A DNA stretch of 64,000 nt from Antedon mediterranea (taxonomy: Eukaryota > Animalia > Echinodermata), in contig NC_092674.1 of assembly GCF_964355755.1 (NCBI RefSeq), positions 16,306,001 through 16,370,000 on the forward strand, in the 5' to 3' direction. Shown here in pieces: positions 1 to 12,500 of this stretch. Below the pieces are notes generated by a model, which worked only from the letters and a program-made list of their open reading frames with translations, had not been told where the DNA came from and made no database searches. The translations under genes and the position numbers were made by a program. How positions within the stretch are numbered: position 1 is the first letter of the stretch; each line of letters opens with the position of its first letter.

Positions 1-456
1 AAATTATGGAATCATAATGTACACATTAGTCCATTATTACAATTGAACCTACAACCTACAATGCATGCATTGTATTGTATCAATATTTTATGGAAAAATA
101 TACAATATATAGGTAAATTTTAATAGTTTTTATTCTCATAAGACAAAATTATTACATAAATAAATATTATTTATTTAGTAACATTCATTATAATGATATT
201 TATATTGCAAATATTTAAAATCAAAGATAAATTTTGAATTATTATATATTACAGAAAAAATAAAGTTCATTCATGGTGGATGAACTATGAGACTAGTGAT
301 TTTTAAAGATATTTTTATAAGATCACAAATTGTGAAATTATGTAAACATTTTAATCCATTATCATTGTTTAACCAACAAAGTAAAATAATTTTATATTTA
401 ATTTCTATATTTAAACCAAATTGGTAAAAGTAAGCAAACATAAGCAATACACTTAC

Positions 457-528
457 AGTGTTTCCAATGCTGTCAAACCAGCAAATGCATTGGCTTGTAA
501 TGTACTTATTTGGTTATACCTCAAATTC
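457..528 (-). CDS. LRR exon 12: NLRYNQISTLQANAFAGLTALETL
   Basis: 72 bp, intact splice sites. Confidence 0.88.
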
Positions 529-3500
529 CTTAAAAGTAAAAAGAATGCACAGTATAAGTAAATCACAATATCCAAGCTGTTTTTAAATTATTTTAGTTTT
601 TCTGTCACCTCAAATGTTGAAATGTCTACATTCCTGTACATTATTACTCTATTAGTGATGTCAAAATATGTTATGTTAAAATAAATATGGTAAATATAAT
701 TATAAAAATAAAAAATGATAGAATATATTCTATTATTAATGTCTAATTGTATTTCTAAATTAAAACCAAATAAATAAACTGATTGAAACAACATAAAATT
801 ACTCTAAACCATCAGCTGTAGTTCAACATTAACAACTGCACCCCCCCCCCCCCCCCCCCCCCCCCCTCTGGTCACTATTATCATGGACCTTTAAATTAGC
901 ATGAATCTATATAAATTCTTTCTTTCTTTGGTTGCAGAATATTTGTTGTATCAATAAACTTATGTTAAACCGATTCAATTTCAATTATTATCTTACAAAA
1001 ATAAATAATTCAATCATGGTGGATACATTTTAAAAATGTTGATTTTAAAATAATTCTTTTTGCTATACATACAAATATAAAATATATATTTATATTTTAA
1101 TAATTTTTTTCTCATAAGACAAAATTAATACATAAACAAATACTAATTATTTAGTAACATTTGTTATAATAATATTTATATTGTGATATTTAAATTAAAA
1201 TTTATTTTGAAATATTATTATTAAAAAAAATAAAGTTCATTCATGGTGGATGAGAAAAAAACTATTAATTACTAAATTATAAATTACATTATTACTCTAT
1301 TAGTGATGTCAAAATATGTTATGTTAAAATAAATGTGGTAAATATAATTATTTTAACAATTTGCAAAGTATAAGTAAATTGCTATATATCCAATCTGTTT
1401 TTACATTATTTTGTTGAAATGTCTACATATATATATATTGTGATATTGATTTTAAATTATTATGTATTATTAAAAAAATTAAGTTCAAACTATTGATTTT
1501 TAAAGTTATTTATTACAAGATCACAAATTGTGAAATTATATAATAATATTAATCCATTATCATTGCTTAACCAACAATGTAAAACAATTTGTAATTTAAT
1601 TCTAAATTTAACCAAATTGGTAAAACTAAGCAAACATAAGCAATACACTTACAGTGTTTCCAATGCTGTCAAACCAGCAAATACATTGGCTTGTAATGTA
1701 CTTATTTGGTTACCGTACAAATACCTTAAAAGTAAAAAGAATGCACAGTATAAGTAAATCACAATATCCAAGCTGTTTTAAAATTATTTTAGTTTTTCTG
1801 TCACCTCAAATGTTGAAATGTCTACATTCCTGTACATTATACAGTAGTTATACTGCATGTACTCTATTGTATGTACTTTAGTGATGTCAAAATATATTAT
1901 GTTAAAATAAAAATGTGGTAAATATATTTAAATTCACATTTTTGAATTGTTTTACGACAATAAATAATTCAATCATAGTAGATAAATAAAAAAAAATGTT
2001 GATTTTAAAATTCTTTTTACTGTAAATAATTAAATTATGGAATCATAATGTACACATTAGTCCATTATTACAATTGAACCTACAATGCATGCATTGTATT
2101 GTATCAATATTTTATGGAAAAATATACAATATATATGTAAATTTTAATAGTTTTTATTCTCATAAGACAAAATTATTACATAAATAAATATTAATTATTT
2201 AGTAACATTCATTATAATGATATTTATATTGCAAATATTTAAAATCAAAGATAAATTTTGAATTATTATATATTACAGAAAAAATAAAGTTCATTCATGG
2301 TGGATGAACTATGAGACTAGTGATTTTTAAAGATATTTTTATAAGATCACAAATTGTGAAATTATGTAAACATTTTAATCCATTATCATTGTTTAACCAA
2401 CAAAGTAAAATAATTTTATATTTAATTTCTATATTTAAACCAAATTGGTAAAAGTAAGCAAACATAAGCAATACACTTACAGTGTTTCCAATGCTGTCAA
2501 ACCAGCAAATGCATTGGCTGGTAATGTACTTATTTGGTTATACCTCAAATTCCTTAAAAGTAAAAAGAATGCACAGTATAAGTAAATCACAATATCCAAG
2601 CTGTTTTAAAATTATTTTAGTTTTTCTGTCACCTCAAATGTTGAAATGTCTACATTCCTGTACATTATACAGTAGTTATACTGCATGTACTCTATTGTAT
2701 GTACTTTAGTTATGTCAAAATATATTATGTTAAAGCTTAGGTACAGTCATGAATTTTAAATATAATATTTGGTTAATTGTACATAAATCAAATATTTGTA
2801 ACAGAAATCGAGACGAAAAAACAAGAATTTCCCTTAATATGGTCAAATACAAAATTTGGCAAAATTCTTCCATAAAAACCAGGAAGACTTTTTTTCAGTA
2901 GTTAGGTAGTTAACCTAATGTAATAACATGACTCCCTAGACGGTGAAAAAAGATGGTGGATATACGGTGGATAATTTTTGCTATAGCATGAAAATAAAAA
3001 TCTGAAGTTGAATAAAAATATCAGAAATGTAATATTCAAGTTATTATTACCTATATTTAGTCATCCGAAAAAATTTTTTTACCACACTGTTTATTTTTCA
3101 TAGCTTTTTAAAATTTGTAATTTAAGCAATACACTTACAGTGTTTCTAATGCTGTCAAACCAGCAAATGCATTGGCTTGTAATGTACTTATTTGGTTACC
3201 GTACAAATACCTTAAAAGTAAAAAGAATGCATAGTATAAGTAAATCACAATATCCAAGCTGTTTTTAAATTATTTTAGTTTTTCTGTCACCTCAAATGTT
3301 GAAATGTCTACATTCCTGTACATTATACAGTAGTTATACTGCATGTACTCTATTGTATGTACTTTAGTGATGTCAAAATATATTATGTTAAAATAAAAAT
3401 GTGGTAGATATATTTAAATTCACATTTTTGAATTGTTATATTTTACAACAATAAATAATTCAATCATGGTAGATAAATAAAAAAAAATTCTAAATTAAAA

Positions 3501-6500
3501 CCAAATAAATAAACTGATTGAAACAACATAAAATTACTCTAAACCATCAGCTGTAGTTCAACATTAACAACTGCACCCCCCCCCCCCCCCCCTCTGGTCA
3601 CTATTATCATGGACCTTTAAATTAGCATGAATCTATATAAATTCTTTCTTTCTTTGGTTGCAGAATATTTGTTGTATCAATCAACTTATGTTAAACCGAT
3701 TAAATTTCAATTATTATCATACAAAATTAAATAATTCAATCATGATGGATACATTTTAAAAATGTTGATTTTAAAATAATTTTTTTTTGCTATACATACA
3801 AATATAAAATATATATTTATATTTTAATAATTTTTTTTCTCATAAGACAAAATTAATACATAAACAAATACTAATTATTTAGTAACATTTGTTATAATAA
3901 TATTTATATTGTGATATTTAAAATAAAAATTTATTTTGAAATATTATTATTTAAAAAAATAAAGTTCATTCATGGTGGATGAGAAAAAAACTATTAATTA
4001 CTAAATTATAAATTACATTATTACTCTATTAGTGATGTCAAAATATGTTATGTTAAAATAAATGTGGTAAATATAATTATTTTAACAATTTGCAAAGTAT
4101 AAGTAAATTGCTATATATCCAATCTGTTTTTACATTATTTTGTTGAAATGTCTACATATATATATATTGTGATATTGATTTTAAATTACTATGTATTATT
4201 AAAAAAATTAAGTTCAAACTATTGATTTTTAAAGTTATTTATTACAAGATCACAAATTGTGAAATTATATAATAATATTAATCCATTATCATTGCTTAAC
4301 CAACAATGTAAAACAATTTGTAATTTAATTCTAAATTAAACCAAATTGGTAAAACTAAGCAAACATAAGCAATACACTTACAGTGTTTCCAATGCTGTCA
4401 AACCAGCAAATACATTGGCTTGTAATGTACTTATTTGGTTACTGTACAAATCCCTTAAAAGTAAAAAGAATGCACAGTATAAGTAAATCACAATATCCAA
4501 GCTGTTTTAAAATTATTTTAGTTTTTCTGTCACCTCAAATGTTGAAATGTCTACATTCCTGTACATTATACAGTAGTTATACTGCATGTACTCTATTGTA
4601 TGTACTTTAGTTATGTCAAAATATATTATGTTAAAGCTCAGGTACAGTCATGAATTTTAAATATAATATTTGGTTAATTGTACATAAATCAAATATTTGT
4701 AACAGAAATCGAGACGAAAAAACAAGAATTTCCCTTAATATGGTCAAATACAAAATTTGGCAAAATTCTTCCATAAAAACCAGGAAGACTTTTTTTCAGT
4801 AGTTAGGTAGTTAACCTAATGTAATAACATGACTCCCTAGACGGTGAAAAAAGATGGTGGATATATGGATAATTTTTGCTATAGCAAGAAAATAAAAATC
4901 TGAAGTTGAATAAAAATATCAGAAATGTAATATTCAAGTTATATTACCTATATTTAGTCATCCGAAAAAATTTTTTTACCACACTGTTTATTTTTCATAG
5001 CTTTTTAAAATTTGTAATTTAAGCAATACACTTACAGTGTTTCTAATGCTGTCAAACCAGCAAATGCATTGGCTTGTAATGTACTTATTTGGTTACCGTA
5101 CAAATACCTTAAAAGTAAAAAGAATGCATAGTATAAGTAAATCACAATATCCAAGCTGTTTTAAAATTATTTTAGTTTTTCTGTCACCTCAAATGTTGAA
5201 ATGTCTACATTCCTGTACATTATACAGTAGTTATACTGCATTTACTCTATTGTATGTACTTTAGTGATGTCAAAATATATTATGTTAAAATAAAAATGTG
5301 GTAGATATATTTAAATTCACATTTTTGAATTGTTATATTTTACAACAATAAATAATTCAATCATGGTAGATAAATAAAAAAAATTTCTAAATTAAAACCA
5401 AATAAATAAACTGATTGAAACAACATAAAATTACTCTAAACCATCAGCTGTAGTTCAACATTAACAACTGCACCCCCCCCCCCCCTCTGGTCACTATTAT
5501 CATGGACCTTTAAATTAGCATGAATCTATATAAATTCTTTCTTTCTTTGGTTGCAGAATATTTGTTGTATCAATCAACTTATGTTAAACCGATTAAATTT
5601 CAATTATTATCATACAAAATTAAATAATTCAATCATGATGGATACATTTTAAAAATGTTGATTTTAAAATAATTTTTTTTTGCTATACATACAAATATAA
5701 AATATATATTTATATTTTAATAATTTTTTTTCTCATAAGACAAAATTAATACATAAACAAATACTAATTATTTAGTAACATTTGTTATAATGATATTTAT
5801 ATTGTGACATTTACAATAAAAATTTATTTTGAAATATTATTATTTAAAAAAATAAAGTTCATTCATGGTGGATGAGCAAAAAACTATTAATTACTAAATT
5901 AAACCAAATTGGTAAAACTAAGCAAACATAAGCAATACACTTACAGTGTTTCCAATGCTATCAAACCAACAAATGCATTGGCTGGTAATGTACTTATTTT
6001 GTTATTGTCCAAATCCCTTAAAAGTAAAAAGAATGCACAATATACAGTAGTTATACTGCATGTACTCTATTGTATGTACTTTAGTTATGTCAAAATATAT
6101 TATGTTAAAATAAAAATGTGGTAAATATATTTAAATTCACATTTTTGAATTGTTTTACAACAATAAATAATTCAATCATAGTAGATAAATAAAAAAAAAT
6201 GTTGATTTTAAAATTCTTTTTACTGTAAATAATTAAATTATGGAATCATAATGTACACATTAGTCCATTATTACAATTGAACCTACAATGCATGCATTGT
6301 ATTGTATCAATATTTTATGGAAAAATATACAATATATATGTAAATTTTAATAGTTTTTATTCTCATAAGACAAAATTATTACATAAATAAATATTAATTA
6401 TTTAGTAACATTCATTATAATGATATTTATATTGCAAATATTTAAAATCAAAGATAAATTTTGAATTATTATATATTACAGAAAAAATAAAGTTCATTCA

Positions 6501-9500
6501 TGGTGGATGAACTATGAGACTAGTGATTTTTAAAGATATTTTTATAAGATCACAAATTGTGAAATTATGTAAACATTTTAATCCATTATCATTGTTTAAC
6601 CAACAAAGTAAAATAATTTTATATTTAATTTCTATATTTAAACCAAATTGGTAAAAGTAAGCAAACATAAGCAATACACTTACAGTGTTTCCAATGCTGT
6701 CAAACCAGCAAATGCATTGGCTGGTAATGTACTTATTTGGTTATACCTCAAATTCCTTAAAAGTAAAAAGAATGCACAGTATAAGTAAATCACAATATCC
6801 AAGCTGTTTTTAAATTATTTTAGTTTATTATTAGTTAGTTAGTTAGTTATTAGTTAGTTATTATTACTCTATTAGTGATGTCAAAATATGTTATGTTAAA
6901 ATAAATATGGTAAATATAATTATAAAAATAAAAAATGATAGAATATATTCTATTATTAATGTGTAATTGTATTTCTAAATTAAAACCAAATAAATAAACT
7001 GATTGAAACAACATAAAATTACTCTAAACCATCAGCTGTAGTTCAACATTAACAACTGCACCCCCCCCCCCCCCCCCCCCTCTGGTCACTATTATCATGG
7101 ACCTTTAAATTAGCATGAATCTATATAAATTCTTTCTTTCTTTGGTTGCAGAATATTTGTTGTATCAATAAACTTATGTTAAACCGATTCAATTTCAATT
7201 ATTATCTTACAAAAATAAATAATTCAATCATGGTGGATACATTTTAAAAATGTTGATTTTAAAATAATTCTTTTTGCTATACATACAAATATAAAATATA
7301 TATTTATATTACATTATTACTCTATTAGTGATGTCAAAATATGTTATGTTAAAATAAATGTGGTAAATATAATTATTTTAACAATTTGCAAAGTATAAGT
7401 AAATTGCTATATATCCAATCTGTTTTTACATTATTTTGTTGAAATGTCTACATATATATATATTGTGATATTGATTTTAAATTATTATGTATTATTAAAA
7501 AAATTAAGTTCAAACTATTGATTTTTAAAGTTATTTATTACAAGATCACAAATTGTGAAATTATATAATAATATTAATCCATTATCATTGCTTAACCAAC
7601 AATGTAAAACAATTTGTAATTTAATTCTAAATTAAACCAAATTGGTAAAACTAAGCAAACATAAGCAATACACTTACAGTGTTTCCAATGCTGTCAAACC
7701 AGCAAATACATTGGCTTGTAATGTACTTATTTGGTTACTGTACAAATCCCTTAAAAGTAAAAAGAATGCACAGTATAAGTAAATCACAATATCCAAGCTG
7801 TTTTAAAATTATTTTAGTTTTTCTGTCACCTCAAATGTTGAAATGTCTACATTCCTGTACATTATACAGTAGTTATACTGCATGTACTCTATTGTATGTA
7901 CTTTAGTTATGTCAAAATATATTATGTTAAAGCTCAGGTACAGTCATGAATTTTAAATATAATATTTGGTTAATTGTACATAAATCAAATATTTGTAACA
8001 GAAATCGAGACGAAAAAACAAGAATTTCCCTTAATATGGTCAAATACAAAATTTGGCAAAATTCTTCCATAAAAACCAGGAAGACTTTTTTTCAGTAGTT
8101 AGGTAGTTAACATAATGTAATAACATGACTCCCTAGACGGTGAAAAAAGATGGTGGATATACGGTGGATAATTTTTACTATAGCATGAAAATAAAAATCT
8201 GAAGTTGAATAAAAATATCAGAAATGTAATATTCAAGTTATATTACCTATATTTAGTCATCCGAAAAATTTTTTTTACCACACTGTTTATTTTTCATAGC
8301 TTTTTAAAATTTGTAATTTAAGCAATACACTTACAGTGTTTCCAATGCTGTCAAACCAGCAAATGCATTGGCTGGTAATGTACTTATTTGGTGCCTGCTC
8401 AAAGACCTTAAAAGTAAAAAGAATGCACAGTATAAGTAAATCACAATAGTTGTTTTAAAATTATTTTAGTTTTTCTGTCACCTCAAATGTTGAAATGTGT
8501 ACATTCCTGTACATTATACAGTAGTTATACTCTATACTCTATTGTATGTACTTTAGTTATGTCAAAATATATTATGTTAAAATAAAAATGTGGTAAATAT
8601 ATTTAAATTCACATTTTTGAATTGTTATATTTTACAACAATAAATAATTCAATCATGGTAGATAAATAAAAAATAAAAAAAAATGTTGATTTTAAAATTC
8701 TTTTTACTGTAAATAATTAAATTATGGAATCATAATGTACACATTAGTCCATTATTACAATTGAACCTACAATGCATGCATTGTATTGTATCAATATTTT
8801 ATGGAAAAATATACAATATTTCTGTAAATTGTAATAGTTTTTATTCTCATAAGACAAAATTATTACATAAATAAATATTAATTATTTAGTAACATTCATT
8901 ATAATGATATTTATATTGCAAATATTTACAATTAAAGATTAATTTTGAATTATTATATATTACAGAAAAAATAAAGTTCATTCATGGTGGATGAACTATA
9001 AGACTAGTGATTTTTAAAGATGTTTTTATAAAATCACAAATTGTGAAATTATGTAAACATTTCAATCCATTATCATTGTTTAACCAACAAAGTAAAATAA
9101 TTTGTAATTTAATTCTAAATTAAACCAAATTGGTAAATGTAAGCAAACATAAGCAATACACTTACAGTTTTGTTATTATAATATTTATATTGTGATATTT
9201 ACAATAACAATTTATTTTGAAATATTATTATTTAAAAAAATAAAGTTCATTCATGGTGGATAAGCAAAAAACTATTAATTTCTATATTTAAACCAAATTG
9301 GTAAAAGTAAGCAAACATAAGCAATACACTTACAGTGTTTCCAATGCTGTCAAACCAGCAAATACATTGGCTGGTAATGTACTTATTTGGTTACTGTACA
9401 AATACCTTAAAAGTAAAAAGAATGCACAGTATAAATATAATCACAATATCCAAGCTGTTTTTAAATTATTTTAGTTTTTCTGTCACCTCAAATGTTGAAA

Positions 9501-12500
9501 TGTCTACATTCCTGTACATTATACAGTAGTTATACTGCATGTACTCTATTGTATGTACTTTAGTGATGTCAAAATATACTATGTTAAAATTAAAAGGTGG
9601 TAAATAAATTTTAAAACTTATTTTGTTAAAATAAAATTTCTACAACAAATTCAAATTGTTTGTTAGCAACCATATAATAAATGTATTATCTAATATGTAA
9701 TACAGATTCACTTTCAATTGTTATATCTTACAAAAATAAATAATTCAATCAATGTGGATAAATTTTAAAAATAATAATGAAATGATAGAATATATTCTAT
9801 TATTAATGTAAAATAATGTGTAATTGTATTTCTAAATTAAATGTTAAACTGATTAAATTTCAATTATTATCTTACAAAATTAAATAATTCAATCATGGTG
9901 GATAAATTTTAAAAATGTTGATTTTAAAATAATTCTTTTTGCTATACATACAAATATAAAATATATATTTATATTTTAATAATTTTTTTCTCATAAGACA
10001 AAATTAATACTTAAACAAATACTAATTATTTAGTAACATTTGTTATTATAATATTTATATTGTGATATTTACAATAACAATTTATTTTGAAATATTATTA
10101 TTTAAAAAAATAAAGTTCATTCATGGTGGATAAGCAAAAAACTATTAATTACTAAATTAAACCAAATTGGTAAAAGTAAGCAAACATAAGCAATACACTT
10201 ACAGTGTTTCCAATGCTGTCAAACCAGCAAATGCATTGGCTGGTAATGTACTTATTTGGTTATAGCTCAAATACCTTAAAAGTAATAAGAATGCACAGTA
10301 TGAGTAAATCACAATATTCAAGTTGTTTTAAAATTATTTTAGTTTTTCTGTCACCTCAAATGTTGAAATGTCTACATTCTTGTACATTATTACTCTATTA
10401 GTGATGTCAAAATATGTTATGTTAAAATAAATGTGGTAAATATAATTATTTTAACAATTTGCAAAGTATAAGTAAATTGCTATATATCCAATCTGTTTTT
10501 ACATTATTTTGTTGAAATGTCTACATATATATATATTGTGATATTGATTTTAAATTATTATGTATTATTAAACAAATTAAGTTCAAACTATTGATTTTTA
10601 AAGTTATTTATTACAAGATCACAGATAATTTATTTTTATAAATCAATTGTTTGGTCAACCATAATAAATGTATTATCTAATATGTTAAACAGATTCAATT
10701 TAAATTGTTATCTTACAAAATAAATAGTTCAATCATGGTGGATAAATTTAAGAATTGTTGCTTTTTAAATTTGTTTTACTATAAATAATCATGAAATCAT
10801 AAGGTACATATTAATCCATTATTACAATTGAACCTACAATGCATGCATTGTATTGTGTCAACATTTTATTGATGTCAAAATAAAAATTATTAAAAGTAAA
10901 TATTCATCTCAAAACGTATGAATGTATAGTTGTACATGATATTGTTCACTATAGGTTTAATTATGTTACTCTGCACCCTATATCTTAATTTGTGTTTTAT
11001 TTAGGGTTATCCCTTTGTTCTTATAATTATGTGATGCCACTGCCCTTTTTTAACACTCAAACAAATAAAGACTTGGTTATACTGATCGGTTTGATAAATG
11101 TGTATTTATTGAAGTCTGTGACATTTGTTGAATTTGAATATAATTATCAATTATCAAAGACAAAATTACTACATAAACAAATACTAGTTATTTAGTAACA
11201 ATGATTTTGATATTTATATCGTGAAATTATACAATAAAGGATTTCGAATTATTATATCCTCCAAAAAAAAAGTTCACTCATGAACAAGAAAATGAATTGT
11301 TTCTAGAGTTATTTTTATAAGTATAAAGATAATAAAATTATATAATAATATTAATCCATTATCAATGTGTAAATGTATTTATAAATTAAAAACAAACTGG
11401 TTAAAATAACCAAACATGTAAATTTGCCTTTGTTCCACACACAAAAGAATCACAAAAAGCTGGTAAAAATCTCAAAATACAAACAATATAGTATAAACTA
11501 GCAAATGTGAAAAATTAAAACATTAAAAATAATACAGAGCACTCTACTCTCATTCAGAATGTACACGTCACATTACTTGTTTTAACTACCTTATTTATAT
11601 ATATTCCAAATAGATGATTGACTGATTGGGAGCATGCACATAGCTGACCATGTTATAATTTTTGGAAAACTAAGGCCTACCTACCAAATACCTACAATCG
11701 TTTTAATCATTTTTTTTTTAGTCTATCACATTCTTACGTAAAATGTCGTATACGGATATTGACCAGATTAATGATGAGCCCGTAAACTGATTGAAACCAC
11801 CTAAATATACTGTAGACCGCCACAAGACCAGTAGTTTCACATTAACAAATTCCACCCACTCCCCCTCTGTTCAATATTATCATGATCCTACTGTATAAAG
11901 CATGGACCTATTATCAAAGAAATATAAATTTTGCTCACAGTATGACATAAATTTAGTTAAATTTCAAAATATCGACAAAAGATGTTCTACTTACAATGTT
12001 GTTATTGGATCATACACATTGTACTTAACAAGCTCTGTATGTATATTTGCATTCCATGGATTACATCTAGTGTTATTATAACAATCATCCGAGTAACACG
12101 TCGGGACATTACATGTGCAAGATGCTGGGCATCCGACTATAGGCCCTAATGATTTTGTAAAAAAAAAACAAGCAGTAACTAAAAGTACTGTACTTTGTTT
12201 CTATCTTACATAGTAGAACACTACGATAATGATGAATAATGATGGTGATAACAATGAGTATTTTAAAGATGAACATAAATTCTTATAATTCGATACAGGT
12301 GAAATAAAATCATATCATATTTAAGTTTCAATATTACACTATTTAATTTAACGGTATTGTTTATTTCGTCGTGTTAAACAATGGAATATTATGAAAGGAG
12401 AATAAACGACGCCAAAAGTAGTTTAATCTCTTTTTTCTCTAACTGGGTAAACTCTTGAAAATAGAACTTATTTTTATATAATTTATAAAACAAAACACTC

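Larger units (their letters stand above)
1..10870. repeat. Complex tandem duplication array (exon+intron units of about 0.6-1.2 kb built from shuffled near-identical blocks)
   Basis: The same blocks recur almost verbatim: poly-C block at 842, 3576, 5473 and 7061; MITE block at about 2734, 4635 and 7931; the block at 1 recurs at about 2032, 6235 and 8719. Confidence 0.95.

Noticed and set aside
457-10274. CRISPR-like repeat/spacer appearance
   Set aside because: The repeats are spliceosomal exons, the intervening DNA is itself repeated and 0.6-1.2 kb long, and there are no cas genes.
1654-10401. Repeated plus-strand 64-75-aa ORFs (MFPMLSNQQ...)
   Set aside because: Antisense shadows of the minus-strand LRR exons plus intron. 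They start at GTG, and the splice signals and LRR consensus are on the other strand.
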